From Lama glama (Eukaryota): a stretch of 64,000 nt of DNA. Location: contig CM052817.1 in the NCBI GenBank assembly GCA_028534125.1, forward strand, positions 70,682,001-70,746,000. The letters run 5' to 3'. Below, piece after piece: positions 13,330 to 28,310 of this stretch. Below the pieces are notes generated by a model. The model had not been told where the DNA came from and did not search any database. It was given only the letters and a program-made list of their open reading frames with translations. The position numbers were made by a program, and so were the translations under genes. Numbering within the stretch: position 1 is the first letter of the stretch; each line of letters starts with the position of its first letter.

Positions 13330-15960
13330 GCAAATACAAACATTTTAGGGGCAACAGAAGAAGAGTGTCCCCAATAGGAAACTGAGGAGGAAAATAATTA
13401 GAAACAACAACCAACTCGAGTTTATAAAGCCAAAGAGTAGAGAGAATTTTGAAAAGAGAAATTAAAATGAGGACTACAAAGAATCCATTGCATTTAACCA
13501 TTAGGAAGTTAGAATCTTTACTGTAATTGTTTGAGCAGTGGGTGAGAACATTAAGAATAAGCTCCAGGGGTGGCAAGCAGGTGACACCCGAAGTGGCAAG
13601 TCTGGTTGCCAATGGCCACTTGAAATAATGTGTGAAAAGAAGGTTCTGAGGCTGGGCTAGAGAGTTCAGGGAAGGGCGCTGGGATTAATCAGCAATGTCT
13701 GCAGAAGGCAAAAAGTGGAAAGCCTGTGCACCAATTCTCTGCCAGCCTCAGTAGACAGTTATTTTGAGTAACTATGTGTAAAGGGGAGAAAAGAAACAGG
13801 ATAGTAGCTAAAAGGGATACAGAGTTGAAGAGAAGTTTTTGTTTGTTTGTTTTTGCAGTAAGGTGGAAAGGACTTGAAAATGTTTGCAAAGTGGCAGAAA
13901 ATTGTTAGCTGAAAAGAAAGAAACTGGCTTGTAGAGCAAAATAAATGTATACGAGAACACAAAAGGAAGTGTTGTCAGAGAATCAGGGTGAAGAGAAAGG
14001 GCATCCTCTTGTCTAAGAAGAGAAGAAAGGAAGTGAGGATAGATGCAGACACATTTGGATCCACAGAGGCAGAAGATGGAAGTGTTCCAAGCCCTAAATC
14101 TCAAGGCATCCTGAAGAAGAAGTCTGCTGAATGCAGGATGGAGGTGGGAAAAGTAAGATTGACTGATTATTTATTTGTTCAATCAGTGTTTGTTAAGCCA
14201 CTAAAGTGTGCCAGGCATTCTTCAAGTCCTAGGAATATGGGTAATGTAATTAGTAAAACAAAATCCCTGCTAACAAAGTCCCATCTACTTGTTGGAGGAG
14301 ACAGACTGTAAGAGAGAATGTTTATAACCACATGGCAGGTGGTAATAATGGCTAAAAAGGAAAATAGATAAGGATAAGGAAACTAGAATAGGAGGGTACT
14401 GTTTTATAGGATGGTCATGGGAGGAATAGAGGGGAAATGAACAGCAAGAGGAATGGCCCATAAAGAGACAGGGTGTTACCGTAACGGACAATGTGTCTGG
14501 ACTGTAGGGAGCGATGGGAAAGGGGTAAGGTGTGGAGTCATGGAGATGGAGGAGGCAGACCTTATAGAACTTTGTAACGCCTGATGAGAACTTGGTTTTT
14601 AATTGAGGTGAGACAGAAAGCCATTGAGAGGAGATTTTGTACAGAGAATTGACATAATCTGAATTATATTTGAAAAGGATCGTGTCCATTGTGGGGAAAC
14701 GGGTGTAAGAAGGCAAGAGCGTAAGCCTGGTAGGAAGTTAGGAGGCTTTTGTAACATTCAAGTAAAAGGTCAATGATGCGATGGGCCAGGATAGTAGCGG
14801 TGGAGAAGGTAAAAATGGTTAGATTCTGCATATACTTTGTTTCAACAAGAAGGGAGCAACTGGCTGTGTTGAATATTGTCCACCAAAATTTGAACGGAAC
14901 CTTGACCCCTAAATTTGTCATGGTGAGGGTACTCAGTGACCCTGACAAGAACGATTCCAGCAGAGTGAGTGTCAAAAGAGGGAGAAAACAGTGTCTGGTG
15001 ACTGTGGACAATTCTTTCCAGGAGTTTTGCTGTGAAGGGCAGTGGGAGTAAATAAAAGCAACACTGTCTGGGGAAAGATACGGAGTCAAGGACGTTGTTT
15101 TTTTTTCTTAAGATGGAAGATATTACAACCTTATGTTATGTTAATAGAATTATCCAATAGAGAGGAAAAAATCGATGATATAGGAGAGAGGCAATTGCAA
15201 GTGCAATGACCTTGAGCAAGGAAGAGGAGATTGCCTCAACTGCACAAGTGAAGGGACAGTTCACTCCTTGTAGCGGGAGGAAAGGAGGGTACAGATCTGA
15301 GTAAATTATCAGATTTGGTGGTGGGAGTGTATAGAAGTTATAGTCTTTTAAAAATTTTTAATTAAGGTGTAGTTGATTTACAATATTGTGTTAGTTTCTG
15401 TTGTATGGCAAAGTGATTCAGTTATACATGTATATATTATTTTTCATATTCTTTTCCATTATGGTTTATTACAGGATATTGAGTATAGTTCCCTGTGCTA
15501 TCCAGTAAGACCTCACTACTTAGACGTTATAGTCTGATGACTTCTATTTTCTCAGAGAGATAAGAAACAATACTTTTGAAAAGTTAAGTGGGAAAGAGAT
15601 GCTGGAGGATTCAAGAGCAAGAAAAAGGTCTGAAATAGCTAAGAAAGGGACAGAGTGACTGGGTCACGGACACGGAAAGCACTATGCATCCTCTTGAGAT
15701 GAGTGGTGGTGAGTTTAGAATGAGACCAGTTAGCAGAGTTGTTTTTCTCCATCCAAATTCAGCAGTGTGGGTGCAGGTTCAGAACTGAGGGTGAGTTAGA
15801 TTTAAGTAGGTTTGAGGCCTCCCCAGGCCAGGACAGAAGGAGAGAGGGGGAAGGCAGTTACAGAGATGCACACATGCAAGAGCATGAATACCGTGATGGA
15901 GCAATGGAGCCCCTTAATCTGTTAAGGAGGGAAGTGACGATACAGGAGGTCTGTGGGACA
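13330..15960 (-). mobile_element. Cluster of L2 LINE fragments including reverse-transcriptase remnants
   Basis: ORF 13229-13612 contains DSNFLMVKCNGFFVVLILISL, resembling L2 RT (NDLLVAKSNGHFSVLILLDL). Reverse-complement L2 3' terminus at ~14165-14220 (tttgttaagccactaaagtgtgccaggc). Confidence 0.8.
15347..15520 (-). mobile_element. Short L1 3' end inserted into L2, 15-bp TSD with 1 mismatch
   Basis: Same family as 6785-7155. TSD tagaagttatagtct (15332-15346) and tagacgttatagtct (15521-15535). Confidence 0.9.
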
Positions 15961-16869
15961 GTGTTTTCTATTTCTTTGTCAGATAAATTTTTTATTCTAT
16001 CCACATTATGTCTGGTGTGATCTATTATCATATTTTTAACCAGTGATGTTTTAACAGTTTTTGAATCATACTTTTAGTTTATTTTCATTATGTTCCTATC
16101 TCTTTAGGCTTCGTTGCAGGAATTCAATTTCAATAGCATATACTTGAACAATCATAGAGATAGTATATCCATATTTACTCAATTAGGACTCAAAAATCAT
16201 TGAAAGCATAGAGTAATGATGCAAAATACGTTGCCTACAATACTCTGAATTTCCCTATAATCCTTCTTGTCTTTAGAAATTGTTCATGAGGAGCTGTCAC
16301 GGAATTGCCATGAGTCACCCATTCCTATGTTTTCTGCAACAAGGCCAAAGAAAGTTTACCAAGTCACAGAACTTTAAGGGGTACAGTGGTTGGTAAACAA
16401 AGTGCTGCTGCAATGCTAGAGGACTCAGGCAGTTCCAGCAGGATGGACTGACCCGATTTTAAAACTGCATTTTTGCTCCATCAAAGGTAATGACATCTAG
16501 TTGTGCCCAAATCCAGGCTCAGTTAGACTTGGCAGTCAAAGCCCTTGGCTCAGCTCTGAAGAGCCCCTTGGCCACTGTGACCTCCCTGCAGTGGCTCCAG
16601 CCTCCCGACCCCTCCCACAGGCTTGCTCCTGCCATCTGCTCAGCCCAGTGCCCTCCCGCCCTCTCCACGTGTCAAAATCCCGTCCAAGCTTTAGGGCTTT
16701 CATCTCTTTCACAGAGATTTGCCTGCTTTCCCACAGCAGATACGAACTTTATTTCTTCTGAGTGGCCACAGATCGTTTTCTTAATTCTTTTATGATGTTA
16801 CATTCCACCTTAAATTACAGCTAGCGGTGCCTTACCCCTCCTATTCAATGGTATGCTCCTTGAACTGCT

Positions 16870-17090
16870 AACACTTACACGCTGTTACACTACGCCAGGT
16901 ACTGTGCTCTTGGTCTTGCAGACATTAGTAGGTATGAGTATCAGCTCCACTATAGAGTTGTGAAAACTGAGACAAGAGAGGGTAAGTGACTTGCCTGAGG
17001 TCACATAGCTAGTTAGTGGAAACACTGAAATATTAATTCAGATGTCTTATTCCAGAGCCTATAATTTTAACTATTATGCTATATTGCACC
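16870..17090 (-). mobile_element. MIR SINE
   Basis: gaaaactgagacaagagagggtaagtgacttgcctgaggtcacatagctagttagtgg. Confidence 0.85.
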
Positions 17091-20000
17091 TTGGACTGTG
17101 GAAGGTATATTATATGTATATTTTAAAAATTCTTCTTTATACGAATTTTTATTCAGTCAACTTACTAAATGCCAAGGCACTGTGATGGTGCTAGAGGAAC
17201 AAGGGAAAATAAGGCATGCACCCTTCAGTGGGGGAACTTGCAGTCACAAGTGACACAGAGAAGTTACTACATTTTCAGATTCCCATGTTTTATTGGGCTT
17301 TTTCTTCCCAAGCAGCTGGAAGACCTTCTCACAAAGGCTTAAATGATAAAAAAAAAAAAAAACTAGTTAAAATCCTCTCTTCTCACTGCAGTAAAAATGA
17401 TTGTATTGAAAAATAAACTATCTTAATTTATTTTAACAGATAACGTTATGCAGTTAAGTGATGCTGGGACTAAATTAGAGGCTGTAATGTTATCAAGAGC
17501 TTCCTGAATACATTTCATTTCTTCTATAATAGAAATCTTCTCAGTTGAGGCAGAGAATGTAACTTAGCATTTTTAGAGCCACTGGCTAAATTACCTCTAT
17601 TGATGAGGCTCGGCAGGTTCTTTCTGAATGATTCTAAATAACTGCTGAGGGATAAAAGATAGTGTTCCTCGGGCTGTAGCTGCAGCATGCCAGGAGCCTA
17701 CTGGGGAGAGAATAAAGCACGAGTCCCCATGCATGAATGGTTCTGTGTCCTGCCTGGAGCATGCCGACTGGCCGTCCTTGAAACTGTATAAATGAAAGGA
17801 TGGAGGCCCAGGTAGACGTTTGTATTAATAATTGGTGTGCATGAAGTAAATTAAGCTAACCCACCAGGTCCTTCCTAAAGAGGTGGAGAGGCAATACAAA
17901 TCTCCAGAAATAGTCTACTAAAGCCATCTTTTCAAAGCTTTTGACAAACTGCAAACCTCAGCCATTTATTACTTTTCGCATTGAAAGGAGAGTTTAGGGA
18001 GAAGTTTCAGTTAAGCTCACACACATGCACACGCACACACATGCACATACACAGTACAGGTGTATGAAGCATGAACCAGGACATGAGAGTTATGTAGCAC
18101 TGTCCTTATTCACAGAGGAAATCAAGGGCCCTGGTTCTGCTATTAAGCTGAGAGAGGATTTTTCACCGATGTCAGAGGGCAGGTGTAGTGTGGTTCTGGG
18201 TTCCTTTAGCTCCCGTGTCTACTCCCCCATGAACCATCTGTACCACGATGGAACCTGGTCCCCTTAGGACAGTCATGTTGCGACTGCCCACAGGCACAGT
18301 GAAAGGCGGTCCCAATCAGAAGAGAGCGCTCAAGCAATTTAACCAAACCATGATTCACATTTTCAAATTTTTGAAGGAAACAACATATTTGAAACTTCTT
18401 TGCCTTGTGAACCCAGAGAAGAGAGTTTCAACCTGCCTATTTCCGGGTGTGGACATCTCCCAGGTTTCTAAATTCTTTAGTATCTCACTTTCATCAAGAG
18501 CCCAAAGTAGTAAAGAATAATGAGAAATATTAAAGCCATTTCACAATGTGGTAGAATCATGTTTTCTTCTAACGTTTGTAGGAAAAAAACATAATCTGTT
18601 TTTGCAGCAATAGCCTTTACAACAAACACACATATCATTCAGTAGTATGTCATTCCATAATGAATTTTTATTCTTTCACTTGCACAACTATTAACCTTGT
18701 CTAAATAATATTTGAATCCAAAAGAGCAAGGAAAAGTAAAGTTCATAAATTCTGCCAATTATTCAAATACTTCCATTCAATAGTAAGTAGATTCTCAAAA
18801 TTTCTCTTAACCCTATTTTCATTTAAATTAAGGTAAAAACATGAGCAATGAAAGATTGACAAAGTTTTGAAATTTAACTCAAGTCATTGAAAGATAATAT
18901 TATTTAAAAATAGAAAATGGATTTCCTTCTTGGTGTTATTCTATTTCTTAACCACACACGAATTTAAAAAACAAAAATGTAAAACTTCATGGCTGACTGA
19001 AACCTGAAAGACATCTTTACCTGCAAGTTCTTATTTCTCTTTAGAAACTGAAACCTCTCTGTGCTGAAACAGAAGGCACGTGGCTAATTCATCTTGAGCG
19101 TCACTCAAGAAATACATTTGATGTTGGTTTGTGCCATGATGAGGGGAACACAATAAACTGTGAAAAGTGTCATTTCTGGAAAATTAGTTAGCTATAGATC
19201 AGCAAGGGACTAATCTTTGTAACAGATGTGACATGATGGCTTTGATAAATTGAACTTTTAAAAATATGGAGCATGTTAAAAGACATTCCCTTAGAAATAA
19301 ATTAACTTAGGTAGAACATATTGTATACCATTATTCATAAGCTCATTTTCATCACTGCAGAATAGTTCTGTGTCAGAGTGACAATGGCTTCCTTCAAATT
19401 CCTGTTTGGGTTTCACTTTTTGTCAATTAATTTAAAAAGTAAAGAGAAGGCTTGGACTCTATCTCTGAGGTTCCCACTAACTAAAATTCTATAATTTTCG
19501 TATTTTATGCACTCTGAACTGTTCATAATTTAAAGATTAAAAATCTCAGGGAAAGACCTTTCTTCTAAAAATACTTTGTTTTTCTACTTAACAGAAAAGT
19601 TCGAGCTATAAGACATTCTGAATGAAAAGTCAATACCTTGGTCAATTGTTAGAGATGCACTATTTGTAAATTTGTTAGAAAGAAATTAAAAGCCTATATA
19701 TGCCAAATATTGGAAATTTAATACTTCACTGTGGGGCTTTCAGTATCTCATTACATATATATTTGGATGTTAGACAAGGAACTAGTTTTAATAAGTACAA
19801 ATATTCATTTACTGGGCTTCATATGATGATGCCTTTGTTGGATAAAACCAAACATTAAACTACCTTTGGTTACAGTTTAAAAGTAAGAAGTTTGAAGATC
19901 TGTAATTTAAGATATTATTTAGATACCATTCTTGGTAACCTAAGGTATTTAAAAGGTTAGCCAGCACAGGGTGAGACAAGGAGGGAACAAATACATAACA

Positions 20001-22700
20001 AAAGAAACATCATTTTCTAAGAGATTTATCATGCTGATTTTAATAGTAAGCCACCTGCTGCAGCTACTGTAGGCAAGCAAAGCAGGATACAGCAAGGAAA
20101 CATTTCACACCTGCAATGCTGCTGACTTCCAGTCCCCAGACAGAAACATTCTGATATAACCATCCCCTCTGACTGTTATCAAAACTCTTCTCCAAAGAAA
20201 TTCTTATATTGTCCGTGGAGTCTAATCTACTGACAATAGAATAAGGATATTATAAATCACTGGAAGTACGAGAGTAGGTCACACCTTGGTAATCACTGTA
20301 CTTTAGGGCAATAGGTTGAGTTCCTACTACTACAGACAGATAATTCAGGTCAATTTTCAATAATTTACATAAATGCAAGCTTTCTATTTAATTTATTTTT
20401 AACAGAACACAAGCCTAGAAAATGATTCAGGTGCTCTAGTTATTAGAGTTTTTAGAAAGTATTGGAAGCTATAGAAATGAATAAGAGTGAAATTGCCTAC
20501 TCTTTAATGATACTTTTTAATGGCAAAATAAAAGCTTCCCCACCCTACAATGATGACTAGGACAAGGTTTCCCAGTCCAAATTCATTTGCCTTGTGGTTT
20601 GGATTAAATATACACACATAGGAAACCTCATATTATAGGGAATATATAATTTCTGTAGTGAATTTCTTACAAATTATGATTTTTGATAGAAAGTCAAGCA
20701 ACTTTCCATTTTGTTCAAAATGTTCCAACGATCTGAAATTGCCATCAATTTGTTTATGCTCTTCAAAGTCTCTCCCCCTAAACTCTATTAACATCACCAA
20801 ACTAAAGCTAAAATAAGTATTTTTTCCTTCGAAATGGGGAAGTTAATGCCTATGGGAAAATAACATTCTTAACAAATAAAACCCAGGGGATCTAGTCAGG
20901 CAAAGGAATAAATCCTCATCTTTCACACAACTTTCAAACTGGTAAACAATACAAGAATCCAAAAATAGTTTCTTTTCAACTCATGCGTGTAAGGTACAAA
21001 GTAAGTTTGTATGCAATGGCAAAGCCAGATCAACTTCCCAGACATGAAGATTCAATGATTAGAGGCTTAACTTTAATATGCAGACTAGAGGGTTGGATGG
21101 AGATGGAGGGGGTCCATCAGGGCAAATAATCCACACAACTGAAAGTGGAAGTTTAGGTCATTTCCTATCGGAGGATACGTAGGGCGTATGGATAATGGTC
21201 AGACTACCTGAAGGGAAACCACAAGCTGATTAGTTCCACTCCAAGGCATGGTTTTTAAAAACCAGCTCTTATTCTTTACCATTGATTAGGAGTCTAAATG
21301 AAAGGCTACATATGGTGAAAGACATACACATTCAGCCTTTACAACAGAAGGGCAATAAATTATCCAGGCTGCCTGCAGAGAACCCTCTAATCCACGCTTT
21401 CAATTTTCACTCTCACCTGTGAAAAAGTCTGAAACTGTATGCCAATTGGTTGTTAATAATGTGCTCTGGGAGGGAGCAAGTTGAAATTGTTCCCCAAACT
21501 GCAAATCAAGAGACTAAGTATGTGTGTCTACTGCTGTTGAATGAAATGATATGTCAGAACAAAAGACCGTGTCTGCTGTAGTTCAGGACGAAAGTATGCT
21601 TTCATGTGTCCTCTAAAATCCATGGCTCTGGGCAGCACAAAGCTCTGGGGTGCTTATATTTCTACTCCCAGAGGACAATCCTAACAGAGATGTAGCTAAC
21701 GGAAGCTTCCAAAGGAAAGTTTGTGATATGAAATTTAAAATAATTGTTTTTAAATTTGTAGTTTTCAGATTGGGTTTCTACTGTGCCTGCCAAACATTCT
21801 CCTTTCTTTTCTGCGGGTTAGCTACACAAATATGGATTTCATCTGTTTATTAATAGAAGGAAGTGGTGACTCAGCTGCTTTGTGTAGATGCCTCAGTGTT
21901 CTATGTCTACAGGACACTGTAAAATGTGACCGGTCAAAAGCTAGGAGGAAGAGAGATCACAGTGGGGCTGTGATTCGGAAGAGCAAGCCTCCTGCCTCTG
22001 GATTGGTCTGCAGCCCAGGCTGCCTCTCCTGGACCTCCTGACTCCTGCTCTGCTCAGTCCCTGGCCAGCCCGTGCTGCTCCATTTTCGTCCTTTCCCTCA
22101 ATGTGGATGAGGGCTCTGGGCAGCAGAAATGTTAGCACCAAATGCTTTCTTTTACATAGCTTCTGAATGCCAGTGTTGCTCATAGGTGTTTCATCCTCAA
22201 ATGTGTCAAGTAGGAGACTCTCTTTCTTTTTTTCTCTAAAAGTTTTCAGGCCTGTATTTATTTACTACAGAAAGAACAAATACAAGCATTCTAGAACGTA
22301 GTGCTGCCCACGTACCACTTGTGAGCCATGAAATTCAAATACGTCACTTCCTTTTTCTCTTATAGCTAGTAAGCAAACCAGAGCAAACCTCTCAGCCCTG
22401 CCTCCTTCACAGGATTGCTGCAACAAATGATCTATATGAAAGGGCTTTTGATCTCTAACTTCCGATCAAATATATTACAAAATTATTAGCCAAGAATGTT
22501 TGTCAAGTGAAGGATGTGTATTTACACATTGCAGCCAAAGGTTTAAGGCTAGATACAGAACATAAAAACTGAATCAAGGAAAGGGACAAAGGAGAAAGGA
22601 TACATAGAGAAGAAAGGAGACAGCAATTAAGGACGAGTGTGAGGGGATACCCGCGCATGCTTGGCAGGGATCTGAAGAAGTGCTTATATGAAAACAACAC

Positions 22701-23069
22701 TGAGATGGTTAATTTTGTGTCAACATGGCTAAGCTATGTTGCCTGGTTGTTTAGTTCAAAAGCTACTCAAGATGTTGCTGTAACAATATTTTATAGATGT
22801 GGTCGACATTTACAATCAGTTGACTCTAAGTAAAGCAGATTACCCTCAATAATATGGGGTGGCTTCATCCAATCAGATGAAGAGAGGAAAGTAATTTTGC
22901 CTCAAGACTGTAATACAGAAACCCTGTCTCAGTTTCCAGCCCACTGGCCTGCCCTACAGATTTCAAACTTACTAGCCCCCAACATCATGTGAGCCAATTC
23001 CCTAAAATAAAGCTCTCTCTCTGCAACTATCTATTGGTTTTGCTTCTCTGGAGAATGCTAACTGATGCA
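22701..23069 (+). mobile_element. MLT2-family (ERVL) solo LTR
   Basis: Starts tgagatggttaattttgtgtcaac, contains catccaatcag and gtgagccaattccctaaaataaa, ends tctctggagaatgctaactgatgca. Confidence 0.85.
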
Positions 23070-24930
23070 ATCACCAAAGTTGTCTTTACTGGAAAATCCA
23101 GTGGATTCTTTTCAGTCTTTCTCTTGTTTGCCATTTTGCAGGAGCATCTGCACTCCAGCCACACCGGCAATACAATGTAGAGAGAATATTGCCCAAGTGA
23201 ATAATCATTTTTGATCCCAGAAAGAAGAGTTTGGTATCTTTTCAAGTCAATAAACATCTCCACTTAGATATCTTACCAGTAACTCAAACTCAAAATACTC
23301 CACACTTAAATCTTTCCCTCCCTAAAAGTCTTCTTTTTCAAGTTGCTGCTCCTGCAGCGTCCAACTCTATCTTCACTGTAGACTAATTCTTCCCTTCTCC
23401 TCTGGTTTACTCCTCATATCCACTCTATAAACCCTATAAAGTTTACCTGGTAACTTTTCTCAGATGAAGCCCATTTTGGGCATGCCTTTAGTCCAGCCCA
23501 GACTATCTTCATGTTTCCTCCAGCGGCTATCCTCCAAATCACTCTCAGACCAATCAGTCTAAATAGGCGTTCATTTATTGCTTTCTGACTGCCCACTGTT
23601 TTTTCTATTACAAGTAAAATTTAAACTGCTCAGTCTGGCAATCAAGGCTCATCATGTGGAATCCTGATCAATTCTCCCAGGATAACTTTTACTTCTTCTA
23701 TCAGGAGTCTTCCACTCCAGACATCTTGGCCTCTCCAGTGGCTGCATACCATCTCTCAGGCCATCCTATTCCTCTTCACTGATCCAGTTATTTCCCATGG
23801 CTCAAGTCTCAGCTCGAGTTCCAATTTTCCTAGCCAATCATATGTTTAATGAAACTTCCTCTTTCTGAACCAGTGCTATGACTAGCTGGCTTATTCATTT
23901 GACATTTAAGCATAACATGACTTGTATTATTAATAAATAGTAAACATAGATGAAGACTTCCCTCTTCAACCAGATTGGAAGCTGTCTGAGACAGAGACTA
24001 TATATAATATATACATGTATATATTTATTTATTTTTAATAATTTAAGAAATGAAAGAAAGGAGAGAGGGAAAAACTAAATGGGAGACTTCTCTTTTTGCT
24101 CACCAGCTGCAAGGTGCAACTTGTCATTGTGTGTACCTTTCATTCAAATGCTAGACTTCTTAGTTCTCACTGTGGGAATAATCAAAAGAGACGTTTCAAT
24201 AAAATGTGCTGTTCTGAGGGTGCATGCGTTTTCCAGTGGTGGTTGATTTGTTTTACATCCTTTTTACCTACCCTGGCTACCACAGTCAAGGAACAAAGTA
24301 ATGTTAATTAATGTGCATGAGGATGCTCTGAAAAACAGCACCAGGGCCCTTTTTATTGCAAATACAGTAGACACATCTCAGTCTTTATCCTATTTGCCAA
24401 CTGGCAGTATTTGACACTATTTCCCACTCTCTACATTTTGAGACTTTTTCCTCTGAGTCTCCCATGACAGTAATGTTCCCTAATTCTTCTTCTACCTCTC
24501 CACATCTTTCATTTCAGTTTCCCTTAAGGGCTCCAATTTTTCCACCTATTTCCTAAATGATAAACTCTTAAGTGAGAGTGGGTGTGGTGGATAGGAAGGT
24601 TCATCTCAGTGAGATGAACAGCCTGATCTACTAATCACTTCAACAACCTACCTCAGATCCAGAAGCATCTGGATCCACTCCCCATCCAATTCTGGATGAT
24701 TTATCCCTCTATTGTTCTCCCATTGTACTTTGACACATCCTGAGCATACTTTGCACATAAGATTGCTATGCTTTTGTTTTGTTTTGTTTTGTTCCCACTA
24801 GACTTTAAAGTCTTTGAAGACAGTGGCTATGTTTGCTTGCTATTTAACCCCATCATATATAGCAGAGGGCATGGTACATATAAGACACTCAATATAAGTT
24901 TGATGGATAAATCAGTGAATGAATGGGCAC
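23070..24930 (+). mobile_element. Degraded L2 fragments
   Basis: aaatccagtggattcttttcagtc and cagtatttgacactatttcccactc (L2 RT-like), plus a 3' end catggtacatataagacactcaatataagtttgatggataaatcagtgaatgaatg. Not continuous. Confidence 0.6.
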
Positions 24931-26659
24931 TATTTTAAATAACTGTATGAACTAATTATTAACCCTTTAAAATCCCTCCTTAGTCTACATACCATGATTC
25001 CATCCTTTATTCATTTCCTTAAGCATACAAAAATACTTTCTAGTAACACATTCTACAGAAACACAATATACATATAATTTTTTTGAGACTAAGAGTATTA
25101 GCAAATAAGAAAACAAGTTTTATTTTATTTAACCCTAAGTAAAACTTAAGAAAGCACTGGGACTGTGAAGGTAAAAAGTGTATTAGAAATATCTTTCCTA
25201 ATGACTGAAAAAATAACCCAGTAAGAACTTCTTGGTAACCTGGGACACTTTAGATTCCAGGGTTTGTTGTCTTTTTTAATTACATCAAAACAAGAACTAA
25301 AGTTAATTTAATAACTAAAGGAGGGAATTATTTCCATATTATAGTCCAGGACCCAATTCAAATCAGACAAGTCACTTACCTAACTTAGGTCAAATGTAGG
25401 CCAATGACATGTTGACCACATGATCAGAAATTAAGCAGGAGTCACTCATTGTGTAAGAGGAGATCATAGCATTTTAAGTAGCTAGTGGAAGAATGGGGAC
25501 AGTGAGGTCTTCTCTGCAATCATCTGCTGTTAACGATTACTAAATGCTTAGCCATTCATGAGGAAACAATAATGTACCCTTAAGTCACTCATTTGACCTT
25601 GTTCAAAACATTACTATTCAGAAATGTGTCCAAACTGCTTCCTTATAGCACTTTATTTTAGAGTGGTTTTCACGACTATGCCTAGTTATTGACTCACAAA
25701 TCCACAAAAGTCATATAATTACTTCTCTAATTTGTCTCATAAGGCATTACAGCTCTGCATAAGCAGACAGTGCTAGGAATTCAGCCACACAACTAAGTAT
25801 TTTGGTCAGAAGAAAGTAAGCAGTACGAAGTGACATGACACCCCATTTGTCTGTAGACTGGATATTAGAAAAATATGCAGGTGTCCAATCAGCAACCCAA
25901 AGACTTTAAAACTGAGAGGTTCCTTTTTAATAATTCTGACTGCCTAGTGCTACCTGTTTTGCTATTGTTTTAGTCTAAAAAGAAATACTTCCTAAGCTCA
26001 TCCTTATTTCATTCTCCAAGAATCTTTGGAAGAGAGAGGATACATCCCTAAACTCTTACTTTTTGGGTTTAATCAGGTTTCCCACCATAAGAATGGCAGT
26101 TGCTCACTCTTCAAGCCTTATAAAAGTGGCTCTCAAAGTAAGTCATTTTTTCACAAAAGCACTACTAAAAAGTAAACTTTCATGTGAGACAACTCAGAAT
26201 ATGAAACAGGACAGGTAACCAGAAATGTTCCTAGTTGAGAAAGTCATCCTGGGACAAGGTAATGAAGTTACTGAGTGGCATGAGAAAAAGTAAGAAGAAA
26301 GAGAAAGACACAACAGTGTCTGTTGGTGCTTGAAGATATTATAAGTGCTTAAAGATAAAAACCTTTCATTATCAATGAAATTATGAAGTAACCTGGGAAG
26401 GCCTGGGGCTCATGGCCAGGTAGTAACACCCTGTTCTTCTTACAAAACACCCCCTAACTTTTATGTTGCTCTTTTAAAAAACAGTTCTCTTCCTTTTCCT
26501 TTTTCTGTTCAAAGTTTCTAGTGATAATAGTTTTGATGAAATTTGTCTTCTCTAAAATTTTTCAATAGGATAAAGGTCATATTATTCCCCAAGTGACATA
26601 CCTATGTACATCTCTCCAGGGATTTCTAGTTCTTTCTATTTCTTAAGGAATTGTTTCCA

Positions 26660-27066
26660 GACAGAGCCACAGAGTTTGGCTGTTCACCAACTCTGCTTAC
26701 TTTTCCTTCTGAGCCCACAGCTACATTTCTCTCTCACCCTTGCAGTTTGGTGTGAAAATGTGACATGACATTTGCCAAAGGAATGTGGTCAGAAGTGAAA
26801 TAAACCATAAAATCTTGTACTCCTAGCACTGATGGAAAAAAAATCCTCCCACCTGACCATTATCTTTATTTCTCTTATCTGATGGCTGAATGCCTCTGCC
26901 CAGGGTAACCTCAGAGCACACATATGAAAGATGGAGAGTCTCCGTGAGTCTGGATCCCTTCAAGAAGCCTTGCCCTTCACCATGTATAAGAAATAAATAT
27001 CTCTTGTGGTAAGCCACTAACATCTCAGAGTTCGTCTGTTATAACAGCTAACATTATTCTAAAACA
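26660..27066 (+). mobile_element. MLT1-family (MaLR) LTR
   Basis: ctacatttctctctcacccttgcagtt...ggaatgtggtcagaagtga...aagaaataaatatctcttgtggtaagccact. Confidence 0.75.
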
Positions 27067-28094
27067 GATGGTATCCAGAAATAGACCACAAGAAAAAATA
27101 ATCTTGCAAAAAATATATTGTCAATATTTTTGTATCTCTTGTTCTTCTTCCTCCTTTTTTTTTCTCTTGTTTTACTTTAACACCTTTATTTATCTCAATT
27201 TTGGGTTCTTTACTCATTACTCTGCCCTATCAAGAATTCCAAAGTTCTGCTCTCTGGCACTAAATCTATGTAAACAATATCAGAGGAAGCATTGAAACAA
27301 ATAGCCACTGAACACATGCTCCCTCTTCAGACACGGCAGCTTGAACCACTCAAAACAGAAGACTTGAAAAGACAATGGGGAATCTATTCTACGTAAGAAT
27401 TATGATTATGTCTCTTTTTCTACCTTTTGTTACAGGAGACAGACCTGTGCGTAGGGTCCCAAAATGAACTACCCATCTGTGACAGCCTATGGTAACCCTA
27501 TTATAACTCTGTCCCCAAACAGCCATTAAACACAAATTAATTCTGCAGGTTTGTTTAGTCTGTTTATTTGGTTTGTTACAGTGACCAGATCTGAATTTAC
27601 TGAGCCATCCTGGCATTCTGTAGTGATATCATTTCCTACAAGATAAGTGATTTGTGCCCTGTGTCAACAATGATATCCTATTATTATAGAAAAAATAAGT
27701 GTAACCCCACATTCAGAAGTATCCTCTTTGAGCCCAAATAAAAATCAAAATATTTTAATAATTAAGCAAGACTATAACAAAAGCAGTTAAAGGAACATTT
27801 GCTGAAAAGCTCCATTACAATTTCATGGTCAGTTTTCTCAGCCCAAGAGCCAAAGCTCACACCTCCACACAATTTACTGCTGTTAGATGAGAATTAGATG
27901 ATTTATAAGTTTGTTTTGAGTAAGCAGTGGTAAGAAAGAGAACATATAAGTTATAAGACCTCCAGATAACTAAGAAAAGCCTAAAGTGAACCTTCGATAA
28001 TAGAAGGTAGGAGATGACACAACAAAGAAGATACCTGGAAAGAAGGAGGTGACACTTAAAGCTTACTTGCCTAAAAAATATCTTGTAGGAATAT

Positions 28095-28310
28095 GGGGGG
28101 AAATGGGCTTTGAAGAGCAACAGACCTGGCTTCAAGTTCTGATTCTGCCTCCTACTAAATACAATTCTTGGGCTAACTTACTTGACCTGCTTAACCTTCG
28201 GCTTCCTCCTCTGTAAAATGTGTATAATATACCTCTAGTTCACAGGCTTGGTATGAGAATTAGTATATAAAATGACACATCTTAGGCAGTTATTGCAAAT
28301 TGTAGTTATT
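28095..28310 (+). mobile_element. MIR SINE
   Basis: cagacctggcttcaagttctgattctgcc...ttcctcctctgtaaaatg. Confidence 0.8.

Noticed and set aside
13229..15089. Several 100-143 aa overlapping ORFs
   Set aside because: They lie within decayed L2 elements and are RT remnants or chance frames, not genes.
22000..22075. GC-rich patch giving GGPGEA on the minus strand
   Set aside because: No sustained Gly-X-Y pattern and no flanking splice sites.
25365..25400. Minus-strand TAG|GTAAGT as a recursive splice site
   Set aside because: No pyrimidine tract, and it sits in MIR-like sequence.
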